Shown: positions 1 to 13,521, counted from the first letter of the stretch. The stretch is 64,000 nucleotides of DNA from Eledone cirrhosa (GCA_964016885.1 OZ024743.1:202554001-202618000); one strand, 5' to 3'. Translations and numbers: made by a program. The notes: a model not told the origin generated them from the letters alone.

Positions 1-143
1 ATTAATCGTTTAATTAACAAAATAATAAACCGGAGTGAAACGTCATGGTTGTATATGTTTCATAGACTGCATGACTCTTCCAGTATATAACAATATCTCT
101 TTCAATACAGGATTTCACATCACGGATATTGCAAAATAAATAA

Positions 144-149
<6 letters not shown>

Positions 150-237
<88 letters not shown>
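150..237. repeat. (TA)n followed by (TTA)n microsatellite; left boundary and target of array 1
   Basis: Directly visible; abuts the 3' end of the Dong-A copy. Confidence 0.95.
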
Positions 238-238
<1 letters not shown>

Positions 239-2795
239 AGTTGCATTTATCTTGCTTTATGTTCATACGAGTTATCACCAAGTCACAACCAGTGACCTCA
301 AGAGACAACAAGGTCCGCCATGTTCAAGAAAGAACATACATACTCACACATGCATATTTAGTGTTTAGACTTGTGATGTACTTATATTGACAGAATCTTC
401 CTTATTATATGGGCAGTTCCCATTAGTACTATCTTTTGTATTTCTCCTATACGCGGGTTTCCTGGGATTTGCGATAAGTAATCATTAGACCCCTTAGGTA
501 TCATTCCCTGAGCGCCTACAACCACTGGTATTGTTTTAGTTCTCAATTTCCACATTCTTCCAATTTCTATCTCCAGGTCCTTATACTTGCTCAATTTTTC
601 AAATGTTTTTATAGATACGTTCTTGTCTATTGGAACAGACATATCAATTAGCAGGCATACCCTCTTTTTAAAGTCCTTCAATATTATATCAGGTCGATTT
701 GCATCTATTTTTCGGTCTGTTTGGATGCTAAAGTTCCACAAGATTGAGATGTGATCTTTTTCAAGTATGGGAGATGGTTGATTCTCCCACCAATTCTTTT
801 GATGGGGTAGGTCAAAATGCTTACACATTATCCAATGTATGTATTGTGCAGCTCTGTCATGCCTGTTTAGGTATTCGGTTGGAGCTATAGGACTGCACAT
901 TGAAATTATATGGTCAATGGTCTCTGGTTGTTTTTTGCATACACGGCATAATGGGCTGCATCCATTTTTTATTATGTTGGCTTGGTAATTTTTTGTTGGC
1001 AGACACTGATCTTGTGCTGATATAATCAGTCCTTCAGTCTCCAATTTCAGTCCAGAGGATGCCAACCACTGATGGGTTAAAGTTTTGCCAACATCAGGAT
1101 TGTTAGCTCGCTCTGGGTATCTTCCATACAGAGGCTTTTCTTGCCATTTCTTAGCCAGTTTCTGTAGCAGTTCTTTCTTTGCAGTTACTTTTACCTGCTT
1201 AGCTTTTTCTGTGTTTTCCATTTCAGCAGTAAATGGGACTTCTGAAATTTGTAGTCCATTACTGTATCTTTGTGCATCTTTTGTAATGGAATATGATCTT
1301 TTGATGCTTTCGTGTTTCAAAACGAGTTTGATCATCCAATCATGTGATTCCCTTAGATATGTATATAATCCAATTGTTGCAGTTTTCAACGCAATGTCTA
1401 ACTGGATTAACCCACGTCCTCCTTCTTTCCTAGGGAGATATATTCTATCTATATCTGCCTTAGGGTGATGCATTCTGTGCATGGTTAAGAATTTTCGAAT
1501 TTTTGTATTCAGCCTACCGATCTCTGTGCTTGACCAGTTGATGACATTGTAACTGTAGGTTACTACTGGTATGGCAAGTGTGTTTATGGCATCGATCCTA
1601 TTCCTTGCATTCAATTCCGTTCTTAAGATTGCTCTTACTCTGCGGTAACATTCCTTCCTTATCCTTTCCCTCATTGTCGAGTGCTTGATTCCGTCTCCTT
1701 CACAAACACCTAGATATTTGTAAGTTTTTTCTTGATCAAGTTCTCTTATTACGTTCCCCTGATCAAGATTAATGTCCGAACCCTTCAGCAGCTTTCCTCT
1801 GGTGAACGTTGCTTTGGCGCATTTATCTAGTCCAAACTCCATTTTAATGTCATCACTGAACTGCTCCACAGTGGATAATAGCCCTTGCAATTGTTCATCA
1901 TTTTTTGCAAATAATTTCAGGTCATCCATGTAGAACAAGTGATTAATGGTTTTGTCATAGACTTTATATCCATGTTTTGTTACATTGAGCATTTTACTTA
2001 ATGGTATAAGTGCGATGCAGAATAAAAGCGGTGATAAAGAGTCACCCTGAAAAATTCCACATTTAATATTAACTTCTCCAGCTTCCAGTGATTTTGTTTC
2101 ACTATTCAAAAGGAGTGTCGTTTTCCATGTCTTCATACTGAATGACAAAAACCTCCTGACAACGGGGGATATTTTGAAAATCTCTAAACATTTTTCAATC
2201 CAACTGTGTGGCAAACTATTGAATGCTTTTTTATAATCTATCCAAGCAATCGATAGATTTTGTGTCTATTATGACAATCTTCCAGTATCATTTTGTTAAC
2301 CAGAATCTGATCCTTACAGCCATATGAGCCTCGTTTACACCCTTTCTGCTCAATGGGAAATAGGTCATTTGTTATCAGGTGGTCATATGTGTATTCAGTT
2401 AGGACTGATGTTAAAATTGTATACATTGTGGTCAAGCAAGTTATCGGTCTGTAATTTTTGGTATTGTTTGTCTCATCATTCTTCGGAAGCAGGAATGTAA
2501 TGCCGTTAACTAGCCATGATGGTATCTTTTCTGGCTCTTTAACTATTTCATTGTAAAGTTGGGCTAATAGCTCATGAGACTCTGTGAAGGCATTTATGCA
2601 AAAGTTTTGTATTTTGTCTTTTCCGGGGGATTTCCATTTGCTGGTTTTTCTTAGAGCCAAGCGCAACTGTTCAACTGTTATATTTTCCCATGTTTGTTCC
2701 TCAAGGTGATCTGTATCTTTCATTTGTCTGTGTATCCATGGGGCATGTATGTTATGAACTTTTTCTTCGGCCCATATCTTTTCCCAGAATTCTTC
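238..2795 (-). mobile_element. R4/Dong-clade RLE non-LTR retrotransposon, family A, 5'-truncated and frameshifted
   Basis: ORFs 2238-2723 and 382-2214 contain RT motifs ([23 protein letters not shown]), a CCHC knuckle (CRVC..HIISMC) and RLE motifs (RPDII..IDMSVP..KYKDL). The ~140-bp 3'UTR runs into (AAT)n and the 5' end abuts (TTA)n at 2796-2812. Confidence 0.92.
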
Positions 2796-2812
2796 TTATT
2801 ATTATTATTATT

Positions 2813-5364
2813 CCTTGAATCTCAGTCATTGATGTTGGTTAACTGGAAAGTCCGTTGGAATGAATATCAAGCCACTACCTGCAGCCTCAGATATTCAGGA
2901 CGTATCGGAGGGTTCTTGCTGTTCCCAGCAAGCATGCCTTTTGAAGCGTTCCAAAAAGCGTGAAGGGGCCGATTTTCTTTAACCATCTGGAAACTTTTGG
3001 AGATAGTCCCCAGTGCGCCTATGACAATCGGAATCACTTTGACTTCATGGCAGTTCCAAATCCTTTTTACCTCCCACTTTAAGTCCTGGTATCGGTTAAT
3101 TTTCTCCCTCTCCTTCTCTTGCACTCACGTGTCGAATGGGCAGGCCACATCCACAATCAGACACGCTCTTTTTTCTTTGTCCACAACCACCAGGTCAGGT
3201 CTATTGTGTTCCAGTTTCTTGTCAGTCTGTATCCTAAAATCCCACAGCACCTTCACCTGATCGTTCTCCATCACCGCCTCTGGCCTATGCTCATACTATT
3301 TCTCAGAATGTGGTAAATTGTTTACTTTGCACAGGTGCCAGTGGATCACCCTGCCCATCACATCATGTCTCCAGCCCTTATAGTGGGTCTGGGCTAGGTG
3401 TTTACACTCGGATACAATGTGAGCCACAGTCTCCTCTCTCTCTCCACAGATCCTGCACTGTGGGCTAGCCTCCTCCTTGTAAATATAGTGTTTCAACCAC
3501 TTCGTTTTGAGGGCCTGCTCCTGCGCAGCCATTAAATTCCTTCTGTAGCCTTTTTGAGGTCTCCTCTTCTCAACCAGTTCCATGTCTGTGGATCTCTAAA
3601 TTCAGTTTTCTCAAAGAAGTTACTATGAAGGGATTTTCCCCGAAGGCTGCTCTTTCTCCTTGATGTTATTTCCTCCTTGGACATCCCCTGGCCTACTGTC
3701 CCCTCCTTCAGTACAGTTCTGAGCATTGGCTCCTTACTATCAGTCACGTATTTGTATAGGTTGTTTTTCTCCATCTGAACACAGTCCTCTATGCTGATAA
3801 ATCCTCTTCCACCCTCAGATCTCCTTAGGTAGAGTCTATCGACATCAATCCTCTTGTGGAACATGTTGTAGATAGTCAATAGCTTCCTAGTCTTCCTATC
3901 CATTTCTTTTTGTTCAGCAACATTCCATCTCAGAATTCCCGCACTGTACCTAATAATAGACACAGCTCGGGAATTTACTGCGCTTATGGCATTTCTGCTG
4001 TTCAGATGTGACTTCAATACGCTCCTTACTCTCCGAATGTATTCAGTTCTTAACAATTCCTTCATTTTTTTGTTCTTTATGCCATCAGCCTCCAGAACGC
4101 CCAAATACTTGTATCCTTCCTCAGAGTCAATTTCCTTTATCATCTCACCTGTTGGTATCTGGATTCCGTTACTTCTGCTCAACCTACCCCTCCTCATTAC
4201 AATGACTCCACACTTACGAATACCAAACTGCATACATATATCACTGCTGAAAATACGGACAGTGTCAACAAGCACATCCAACTCCTTCTCACTCTTCCCG
4301 AAGAGCTTAAGATCGTCCATGAAGAGGAGGTGATTGATGGTAAGCCCTCCCTTTCCCAACTTGTATCCTGCTCTCACTTTTCGCAGCACAATGGTCAAGG
4401 GCATCAGGACAAGGACAAATAAGAGAGGGGACAGGCTATCTCCCTGGAAGATACCTCTCTTGATCTTCACGCTTCCCAAGGATTCTCCAGTTGATGTCAA
4501 CTCTGTGTCCCAGGACCCCATACTCCTGCCCAGCAACTGTCTGGTGTTATCTGCCACCTTGAAGATCTCCAGGCCTTTGGTGATCCAAGAGTGAGGCACC
4601 ATGTCAAATGCCTTTCTGTAGTCTATCCATCCCATGGCAAGATCAATGTGTCTCCTCCTGCAATTCCCCATTACCATCTTATCAATAATTGACTGGTCCT
4701 TTGTACCACATGACTTCTTTCGGCATCCTTTCTGTTCGTCCGGTAACAAGTTGTTTGTGTGGAGGTGGTGGTAGATTTCCTCAGACACAATGCTCGTCAA
4801 CAGTTTCCACATTACGGACAGACATGTGATAGGTCTATAGTTGGTAACATCATTACCCTTGATTCGGTCTTTCATTATCAGAACTGTGGTACCTTTTGTC
4901 AACCACTCTGGCACCTCACCCGACACCAAGCAGTCAATGAACATGGCCGTCAGTTTCGGGTGGAGGAATGTTAAATTTTTAATCCAATACCCCTGCACAC
5001 CATCTGGGCCTGGTGATTTCCAGTTGGTTAGTTTTTTTGCCTTCTCCTTAAGAGTTTCAACTGTGATACTCAAATCAGTTTGTTGGTGTGCCTGCTCACC
5101 GATCTCCCTCTGTACTGTCTCAATCCACCCTGCCTGGTCATTATGTCTAAGATCCTGCTCCCATATTCCTCTCCAGAATGTTTTAGTTTGTTCCGTCTCA
5201 GGGATCAAGTCGTTGCCTCTTTCTTTCCCCTCAAGCTGTCCAAACAGCATCTTCTGGTTGTTGTCAAACACGCGATTCTGTTTATACTGACTGACTCTGT
5301 TCTCGTATCGCCTGATTTTTGCACTCTTTGCTACAATGCGTTGCTTCAGTTCTTCTATGATAAT
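2813..5364 (-). mobile_element. R4/Dong-clade retrotransposon, family B, 5'-truncated, with frameshifts and a stop
   Basis: ORFs 3532-5271, 3296-3583 and 2867-3124 match the intact protein at 52165-55557; (TTA)n on both sides. Confidence 0.93.
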
Positions 5365-5609
5365 TATTATTATTATTATTATTATTATTATTGAATGCTA
5401 TAGTTGACGGAGGCTCGGCTCTGTAAGGTATTGTAAATTTTGAACACTATAACAATTGTAAATTGTTTAAAACTTTAACGAACTTGTAGACAACATACCC
5501 TCCTCCTCGTGAGAGGGGTCTTTCTGCCCGTTATTTGGCCCTTCGGGGTTAAATAACTGCTTATTGGTGTTTTGTACCCAATATTTATTTCAAAAAAAAA
5601 AAAAACAAC

Positions 5610-7634
5610 ATGGCTACGAAAAAGAAATTTCATAGGTCACTCCCACTCATTCCGTCTTCTTCTTCCTCAATCATCACTACAGCAGAGAGAAGATTGTCTC
5701 TCTCCCTCCCTTCTTTAAATGTGTCTCTCTCCCTCCCTTCTCTTTCGCAAGCGACGAAAGAAAAGAAAACTCTCGTGCAAAGCGTGCAAAGTTTCGCCAC
5801 GACGACGACGACAGCGACGAAACAGGTGTACGGGAAATACGAAAACCCAGTTCGTTCGTCTGACGTCAGGAATAATAGCAGTAGCAGCCGTAATAACAAC
5901 AGCAACAGTGACAATGAAAACAACAGTAGCAGCTGCAACAGCATCACCAGCAGCATAAACAACAACAGCATTAGCAGCAGCAACACCAACAACAACCACA
6001 GCAACAGCGGCGGAGGCAGTAGTCGTAGTACCTGCAGCATCAACAAAAGTAACAGCAGCTCTGACGACGACAACAACAACAACAGCAGCAAAGAAAAACC
6101 AATCTCATTTGCAGGTATTGCGAAAAACTTGGAAACAATCATCATAACAAATGAGGAATTAGAGGAAGCGAAGAAGATGGTGACAAAGAACGGACACCGA
6201 GCAATCTGCAAGGCAGCGGGAAAATTTTTCGAAACCCAACAGCACTGTACGGTCACGTACCGTACAGTAAGTACAAAATCCCGTAGGGTGGAAAGAGCCA
6301 CAGAGGCTCAAATACAAAAAGCCTTGGGGTCTGTGTGGCAGCGGAAAACGCACATCACCCGAGGCAAAAAATATGCCACCGTAGACGTACTTTTTGCCAC
6401 ACCCCAGGAAGCAAAGGCCCAATCCGTAGTGACCCTAAGGAGCGAGGACATGGTGTTGGTGCCTCCTACTGCGGGCAAAACTTTGTGAGGGTCAAACTGA
6501 CCCCCCCCCCCCCCCCCGGAATGGCCCCTTCTTGGCTGGCCGCGTCTGTCCTCGTCGGAATCGAGGACAAAACAACTGTACTGCAAGTACAGAAAAAAGT
6601 AAGAGAAGATTGGGTCGGCACCTCCATTGAGATGCTAATCCAAACCAACCAGGAGTGCATCGAAGCTATCCCGGATGTGATAGACTTCGATAACGGCACT
6701 CAACTGCCCATAAGTGTTGAGGGAAAACGCCCGAAATGCTTTCGCTGTGGATCGAAGACTCACCTAAGGGCCTTCCTTCTGCAACGAGAGGATCCTGAGA
6801 AAGGAGAAAACCCCCCTCCTTCCGAAACCGGCTCCACGGCTACCAGCAACAAGACAAGCGGCAACCAGGAATGATAGGTCCGTGGCACCCATACCCACGC
6901 CACGGAAATCAAAAACAGCAGCAGCAGTGGAAATATTAACAACAACAACAGCAATACCAAATGCAGCTGCAACAGAGACTCCAGTGCAAACATCACCAAC
7001 AACAAGTGAAAGAGTGGAGCTGGTACCCCTCCCCGACCTCACAGAATCAGACGTGGAGTGTGAGGTGGGAGAGGGATGCCAAAAGGTCGTAAGAAGGCAC
7101 AAACGCAGAGGCAGCGCATCGTCGCCTTTGAAAAGGGAGGAAAGAAATGAGAAAAGGGTAAGTTCTACTGCAAAGAGACCCACAGCAGCAACACCACCAA
7201 CACCATCACCACCCACACTAGCACCACCATCACCACCGGCGACAACCCCACCGCCAACACCATCTTCAACACCACCACCACAAGCACCAACAACGCAAAC
7301 ACAACAACAAAACACACACACCCAGCAACAACGACAAGAAAATAGCAGAACCACAAACCACCCCCAGAAAAACAAATGCACGGCAATAAATACACACAAC
7401 AAGAAACTAATGACTTACATAATTGAACACACAGACATATCACAACACGACTACATAATACCAGCACCTATCAAAACGCCAACTAACATAAGACTGCTAA
7501 AAATAGCACAGAAACAATACACAAACATTAAAACGAAATTCCCCAACGCAGTTGGTGATTTCAGGGACCTAGGAGGAACTATCAATCGAAGAGTATATTC
7601 AGACATTCTCTTAGAAGAGCCGACGACCAGATGA
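5610..7634 (+). pseudogene. Tx1 ORF1 (low-complexity N-terminus, RRM-like core, zinc knuckle), frameshifted
   Basis: ORF pieces 5610-6488, 6335-6874 and 6882-7634; core aligns with ORF1 of copy 2. Confidence 0.75.
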
Positions 7635-7753
7635 AGGGACGATTCAACGGTCCCTTTACCAGACGATCAAGTGAAAAGGGATGTAAAAACCATCCCTCCT
7701 CTACAAAAAGTACGGTAAGTGGTCTTTCCCATCTTTTCCACTCTATTTTAAAC

Positions 7754-10700
7754 ATGACCTCACTCAGAATAGGCAGCATAAATGCGCGTGGCTTGGGGTC
7801 GTCATGGAAGCAGGGTCACCTGCTCAACGACCTCAGGTCTCTAAACATAGATGTAGTGGCCATCAGCGAGACCAGAATCTCCGAAGCACGGGCCTTCGCA
7901 CCGACTTTGGCGGCTACGATGTGTACGCATCTCCCAGCCGTCCTGGATCGGGGGGAGGAGTTGCTGTGCTTTTTCGGAGAGGTTTGGATCTCGCCATACG
8001 GGCCATCTTCCTGGACCCAGAGGGTAAGCTGGTGGTGCTGGACGTGACCAGCGGAGACGGGCAAGCTTTCAGGCTAGTGGCCGTCTATGCCCCGACAGGA
8101 GCAGGGCGGCCTGATTTCTTCCGGCGTCTGGAGACCTTTCTTGGAACGTCCCGCTCTTTAGTGTTAGTGGGCGACTGGAACGGGATCTTAGATGCACGCT
8201 GGGACTGTGTGAGATTAGCGGATATGGGTGGAGGGTGCAAGAGCCTCACCAACCTGCTCAGGCGTTTTGAACTGTCTGACAGGTACCGATTGGATTTCCC
8301 GAATGTGCCAATGTGGACTTGGACAAATCGCATAGGGTCATCCAGATCATATCTAGATAGAGTATTTTGTAGGGAAATAGATAGGTCTAGCATAGGCTGT
8401 CCACAATTCCAGATAGTCAGCTACACGGACCACAAATTCGTGATCTGTGTCCTTGACTTAGATAGGCTTCATAGACGAGGACCCGGCTACTGGAAGCTAA
8501 ACGCGTCCTTACCAGCGCGCAAGGCCTACAGAGACCGGATTAGCGAACTAGTTAAGCGGGCGTTGACGGGGGCCATCGTCAACAACAAGTGGTGGTTTGC
8601 TCTGAAAAGAGCGATTAGAATAGAATCCATTAGGTTTAGTAAGGATTTAGCAATAGAGAAAAATAGAGCAGAGGGAGAACTAGTTAGAAAATTAGACGAG
8701 GCGCTTAGCAAAGGCATTGCGACCGACGGGCTTGCGGCGAAATTGGCCCTTGACCAATTCTTCAATGCAAAGCACGAAGGCTGCGTTGTCAGAGCAAGTG
8801 TGCGTGCTCTCAGACACGAGGAGACGAAAGCCGTTCAATGGGCCCGAGTGGCGGAGGCGCGACGTGGCAACAAAGCCACGATCCAGTCTTTGGTGGACCA
8901 CGACGGGCGCATGCTACTCGATCCCGGGCAAATGTGTGAAGCTTTTCAGCGACACTTCACTCAGCTGTTCGGGGGCAGCGGTGGGCCGAGTCGAGGGATG
9001 GACTTTAGTGTCTACCTCGACGGACTGCCGCGGCTCTCGGCCACTGGGGCGAAAGGCCGATAACAGCCGCTGAAGTAAGGGAGGCAATGACTGGCTGCAC
9101 AAGGGGTAAATCACCTGGTTTGGATGGTCTGCCCTATGAGCTTTACGTACAGATGCCAGACTTGTTCGGAGGCCTCTTGGCGGACATCTACTGCAACTGG
9201 CAACAGAACGGGAGAATTCCCAGTTCGAGGAGCGGTGGCACTGCTGAGAAAGGATCCGAACAAGGGGGATAACATAGATAATTTCCGGCCCATAACTCTG
9301 CTAAACACAGAGTTCAAGATTTTGGCCAAGGTGCTAGCAAAGAGGTTGGCGCTTGTCATTGGTGGTCTGGTGGGCGAGGCGCAGACATGCGCCATTCCAG
9401 ACACATCCATCCACGACAACCTTCACCTCATGCGATACGTCGCAGAGAGGGTAGCTAGGGAACCTGGCACGGGTGGGTCCTTGATCAATTTAGATCAGTC
9501 GAAAGCTCTCGATAGGGTCGACCATCGTTACCTAGCGGCAGTCCTGAGGGCGGCTGGCTTTGGGCCCGTCTTCAGAGGCTGGATCGCTGCCATGCACAGC
9601 GACATCTGCTCTGTGGTGAGAGTGAACGGTCACCTAGCGGAACCGTTCAACATCATGCGCTCGGTCCGCCAAGGATGTCCCCTCTCGTCCCTCTTGTACG
9701 TATTGACTTTCGAGCCATTACTGCACAAACTGGAGATCTTGAGGGGCGTCCCGCGCGAACTAGGATGCGGAAGATCCGTGTTAGCTTATGCGGACGATGT
9801 CACCGTAGTGGTGTCGAATGCCAAACATATCGAGGCGATCGGCACTACACTAAGAGAATACGAAGCGGTGACAGGAGCAATGATCAACCAGGAAAAGTCA
9901 GTGGGCCTGCAGCTCGGCACCTGGAGAGGCAGGTCCATGCCGTCCAACAGCGTCGTCGGACGCTGGAAGGACGGACCGGTTAAATTGCTAGGGGTGTGGT
10001 TCGGTCCGGACCTCCAGACGGACAAAAACTGGGACGAGGTGACGAGCAGAGTGGCTTCTCTCACACAGAAATGGGCCGAGAGGTAACTATCCCTGAAAGG
10101 TCGAGCGGAGGTGGCTAACGCGTACATCGCGTCCGTCATCTGCTACCGCCTGACCGTCGTACTTTGTCCTAAGCCTCGCCTGCCGTGGCTGATGAATCGC
10201 AGGCACGCGCTCAGGCTACGACATCTCCACCTCTTCCTCGACGGTGATCAGGTGTGGTCGCCGTTTGCTAGACACGTATTTCCCCAGCTCGTTTCCTTGA
10301 CGGAGCTGCAGTCCTGGGTCAAACAAAGACCGAGAGGGAGCGCCTGGAGACTGGAATGTCTTCAGGCGCTCACAGCCCTCGACCAATCGGGCAATGTGAT
10401 CGGTGGAAACTCCACCTCGGCGTTCTATAGAGGATTAGTGGAGGGGAAGAGCGACGACGTACTTGGGGAAACTCTAGGCGTCGACGAAAATCAACTAGCC
10501 AATCTTTTCGGAAGAACTTTCGGGCCAGGACCTATGGACAACTTCCAGAAATCTCTGGCCTGGCAGTGCTACCGAGGAGCCTTGCCAGTTCGGGATAAAC
10601 TCTACAGGCATGGAGGTGCCGTCAGCCGGGCATGTCCGAGATGCGCGCAGGGCGACGAAACCGTCCTGCACGCACTCGTCCAGTGTCCGAAAATTGCTGA

Positions 10701-11055
10701 CTTGTGGGTTTATGTCGAACACCTGCTGTCGCGTTTACGACGGGTCCGGTTATCATCTGAGTCCATCGTGAGGATTGCCACGCCCTCCTCCTTTAGCCGG
10801 GAAGGGCAGGCAGTTTTAATCTGTCTGGTGGCCATGGCGAAAGAGATAGTATGGTGGACACGTTTGAAAGGGCTGAAGACGAGCACTTACCTCTTCGGTG
10901 ATGCTCTGATTGACTTTTTCAAATTTCATTTGAAAAGGAAAATCAGAGTAGAGAGGGAAGTGCTCTCTTCCCAGCATTTTGTTGAAAGATGGGTGAGAGA
11001 AGCAAGAATGGCCCGAGTGAATGGGGCCTACTCTGAGTATATATCTGTAAATTAA
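7754..11055 (+). pseudogene. Tx1 ORF2 (APE endonuclease, RT, zinc knuckle), frameshifted
   Basis: ORF pieces 7631-8047, 7804-9063, 9087-9272, 9124-10086 and 10111-11055 with canonical motifs. Confidence 0.88.
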
Positions 11056-11320
11056 AGGTGGAAAACTGGGAGAGGGCACTTGCCTTGGTGGTCAGGGTCA
11101 TTGTGCCCTTTTACTGGGCTTTCTCCACAAATATCCCTCCGAAGTCTCCCCCCTATTGGGGAATTTGTCATTGTTATTTTTTGTTACATCCTCTGTTTTC
11201 GTTATTTACACGCAAAAATGCCCATTTGTACCGTACTGTATTGTCCTGCACTGTCCTTAATGTCTACTTTATGTAAACCCTTGTGGTTAATAAAGAAATC
11301 ATTATTATTATTATTTTTAT

Positions 11321-11427
11321 TCAAATCAGGCCGAGGTTAACTTTGCCTTTCATCCTTATGGGGTCGATAAAATAAAGTACCAGTAATGTACTGGGTAATT
11401 GCTGGCCTTGTGCCTAAAATAGAAACA
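11321..11427 (+). mobile_element. 5'-truncated SINE (cephalopod OK/Ceph-SINE-like family)
   Basis: GAGGTTAACTTTGCCTTTCATCCTT..GGGGTCGATAAAATAAAGTACCAG..CTTGTGCC core shared with other copies in the window; (ATT)n tail. Confidence 0.8.
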
Positions 11428-11469
11428 ATTATTATTATTATTATTATTATTATTATTGTTATTGTTATT

Positions 11470-13456
11470 CCTTGAATCTCAGTCATTGATGTTGGTTAAC
11501 TGGAAAGTCCGTTGGATTGAATATCAAGCCACTACCTGCAGCCTCAGATATTCAGGACGTATCGGAGGGTTCTTGCTGTTTCAAGCAAGCATGCCTTTTG
11601 AAGCGTTCCAAAAAGCATGAAGGGGCCGATTTTCTTTAACCATCCCTGGAAACCTTTGGAGATAGTCCCCAGTGCGCCTATGACAATCGGGATCACTTTA
11701 ACTTCATGGTAGTTCCAAATCCTTTTCACCTCCCACTTTAGGTCCTGGTATCGGTTAATTTTCTCCCTCTCCTTCTCTTGCACTCTCGTGTCGAACGGGC
11801 AGGCCACATCCACAATCAGGCACGATCTTTTTTCTTTGTCCACAACCACCAGGTCAGGTCTATTGTGTTCCAGTATTTTGTCCGTCTGTATCCTAAAATC
11901 CCACAGCACCTTCACCTGACTGTTCTCCATCACCGCCTCTGGCCTATGCTCATACCATTTCTCAGAATGTGGTAGATTGTTTACTTTGCACAGGTGCCAG
12001 TGGATCACCCTGCCTATCACATCGTGTCTCCAGCCCTTATAGTGGGTCTGGGCTAGGTGTTTACACTCGGAAACAATGTGAGCCACAGTCTCCTCTCTCT
12101 CTCCACAGATCCTGCACAGTGGGCTAGCCTCCTCCTTGTAGATATGGTGCTTCAACCACTTCGTTTTGAGGGCCTGCTCCTGCGCAGCCATTAGCATTCC
12201 TTCTGTAGCCTTTTTGAGGTCTCCTCTTCTCAACCAGTTCCATGTCTGTGGATCTCTAAATTCAGTTTTCTCAAAGAAGGTACTATGAAGGGATTTTCCC
12301 TTAAGGCTGCTCTTCCTCCTTGGTGTTATTTCCTCCTTGGATATCCCCTGGCCTACTGTCCCCTCCTTCAGTACAGCTCTGAGCATTGGCTCCTTACTAT
12401 AGGTCACGTATTTGTATAGGTTGTTTTTCTCCATCTGAACACAGTCCTCTATGCTGATAAGACCTCTTCCACCCTCAGATCTCCTTAGGTAGAGTCTATC
12501 GACATCACTCCTCTTGTGGAACATGTTGTAGATAGTCAATATCTTCCTAGTCTTCCTATCCATTTCTTTTTGTTCAGCAACATTCCATCTCAGAATTCCC
12601 GCACTGTACCTAATAATAGACACAGCTCGGGAATTTACTGCGCTTATGGCATTTCTGCTGTTCAGATGTGACTTCAATACGCTCCTTACTCTCCGAATGT
12701 ATTCAGTTCTTAACAATTCCTTCATTTTTTTGTTCTTTATGCCATCAGCCTCCAGAACGCCCAAATACTTGTATCCTTCCTCAGAGTCAATTTCCTTTAT
12801 CATCTCACCTGTTGGTATCTGGATCCCGTTACTTCTGCTCAACCTACCCCTCTTCATCACAATGACTCCACATTTACCAATACCAAACTGCATACATACA
12901 TCACTGCTGAAAATACGGACAGTGTCAACAAGCACATCCAACTCCTTCTCACTTTTCCCGAAGAGCTTAAGATCGTCCATGAAGAGGAGGTGATTGATGG
13001 TAAGCTCTCCCCTTCCCAACTTGTATCCTGCTCTCACTTTTCGCAGCATAATGGTCAAGGGCATCAGGGCAAGGACAAACAACAGAGGGGACAGGCTATC
13101 TCCCTGGAAGATACCTCTCTTGATCTTCACGCTTCCCAAGGATACTCCAGTTGATGTCAACTCTGTCTCCCAGGACCCCATACTCCTGTCCAGCAACTGT
13201 CTGATGTTATCTGCCACCCTGAAGATCTCCAGGCTTTTGGTGATCCAGGAATGAGGCACCATGTCAAATGCCTTTCTGTAGTCTATCCATCCCATGGCAA
13301 GATCAGTGTGTCTCCTCCTGCAATTCCCCATTACCATCTTATCAATAAGCAACTGGTCCTTTGTACCACGTGACTTCTTTCGGCATCCTTTCTGTTCGTC
13401 CGGTAACAAGTTGTTTGTGTGGGGGTGATGGTAGATTTCCTCAGACACAATGCTCA
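11470..13456 (-). mobile_element. Dong family B, 5'-truncated young copy with open frame
   Basis: ORF 11544 to about 13456 is nearly identical to the C-terminal ~635 aa of the intact copy; (ATT)n on both sides. Confidence 0.95.

Positions 13457-13521
<65 letters not shown>

Larger units (their letters stand above)
5393..11300 (+). mobile_element. Tx1/L1-clade LINE copy 1, apparently full length and degraded
   Basis: 5'UTR, then ORF1 (ATG 5610, knuckle CFRCGSKTHLRAF), then ORF2 from ATG 7754 with APE (SINARGL, ISETR, VYAPT, GDWN, YLDRV, TDHK), RT (RPITLLN, QGCPLS, YADD) and CPRC..HALVQC. AATAAA at 11289; (ATT)n on both sides. Confidence 0.9.

Noticed and set aside
31-90. Hammerhead-like words near the window start
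   Set aside because: Core has an insertion and stems do not pair
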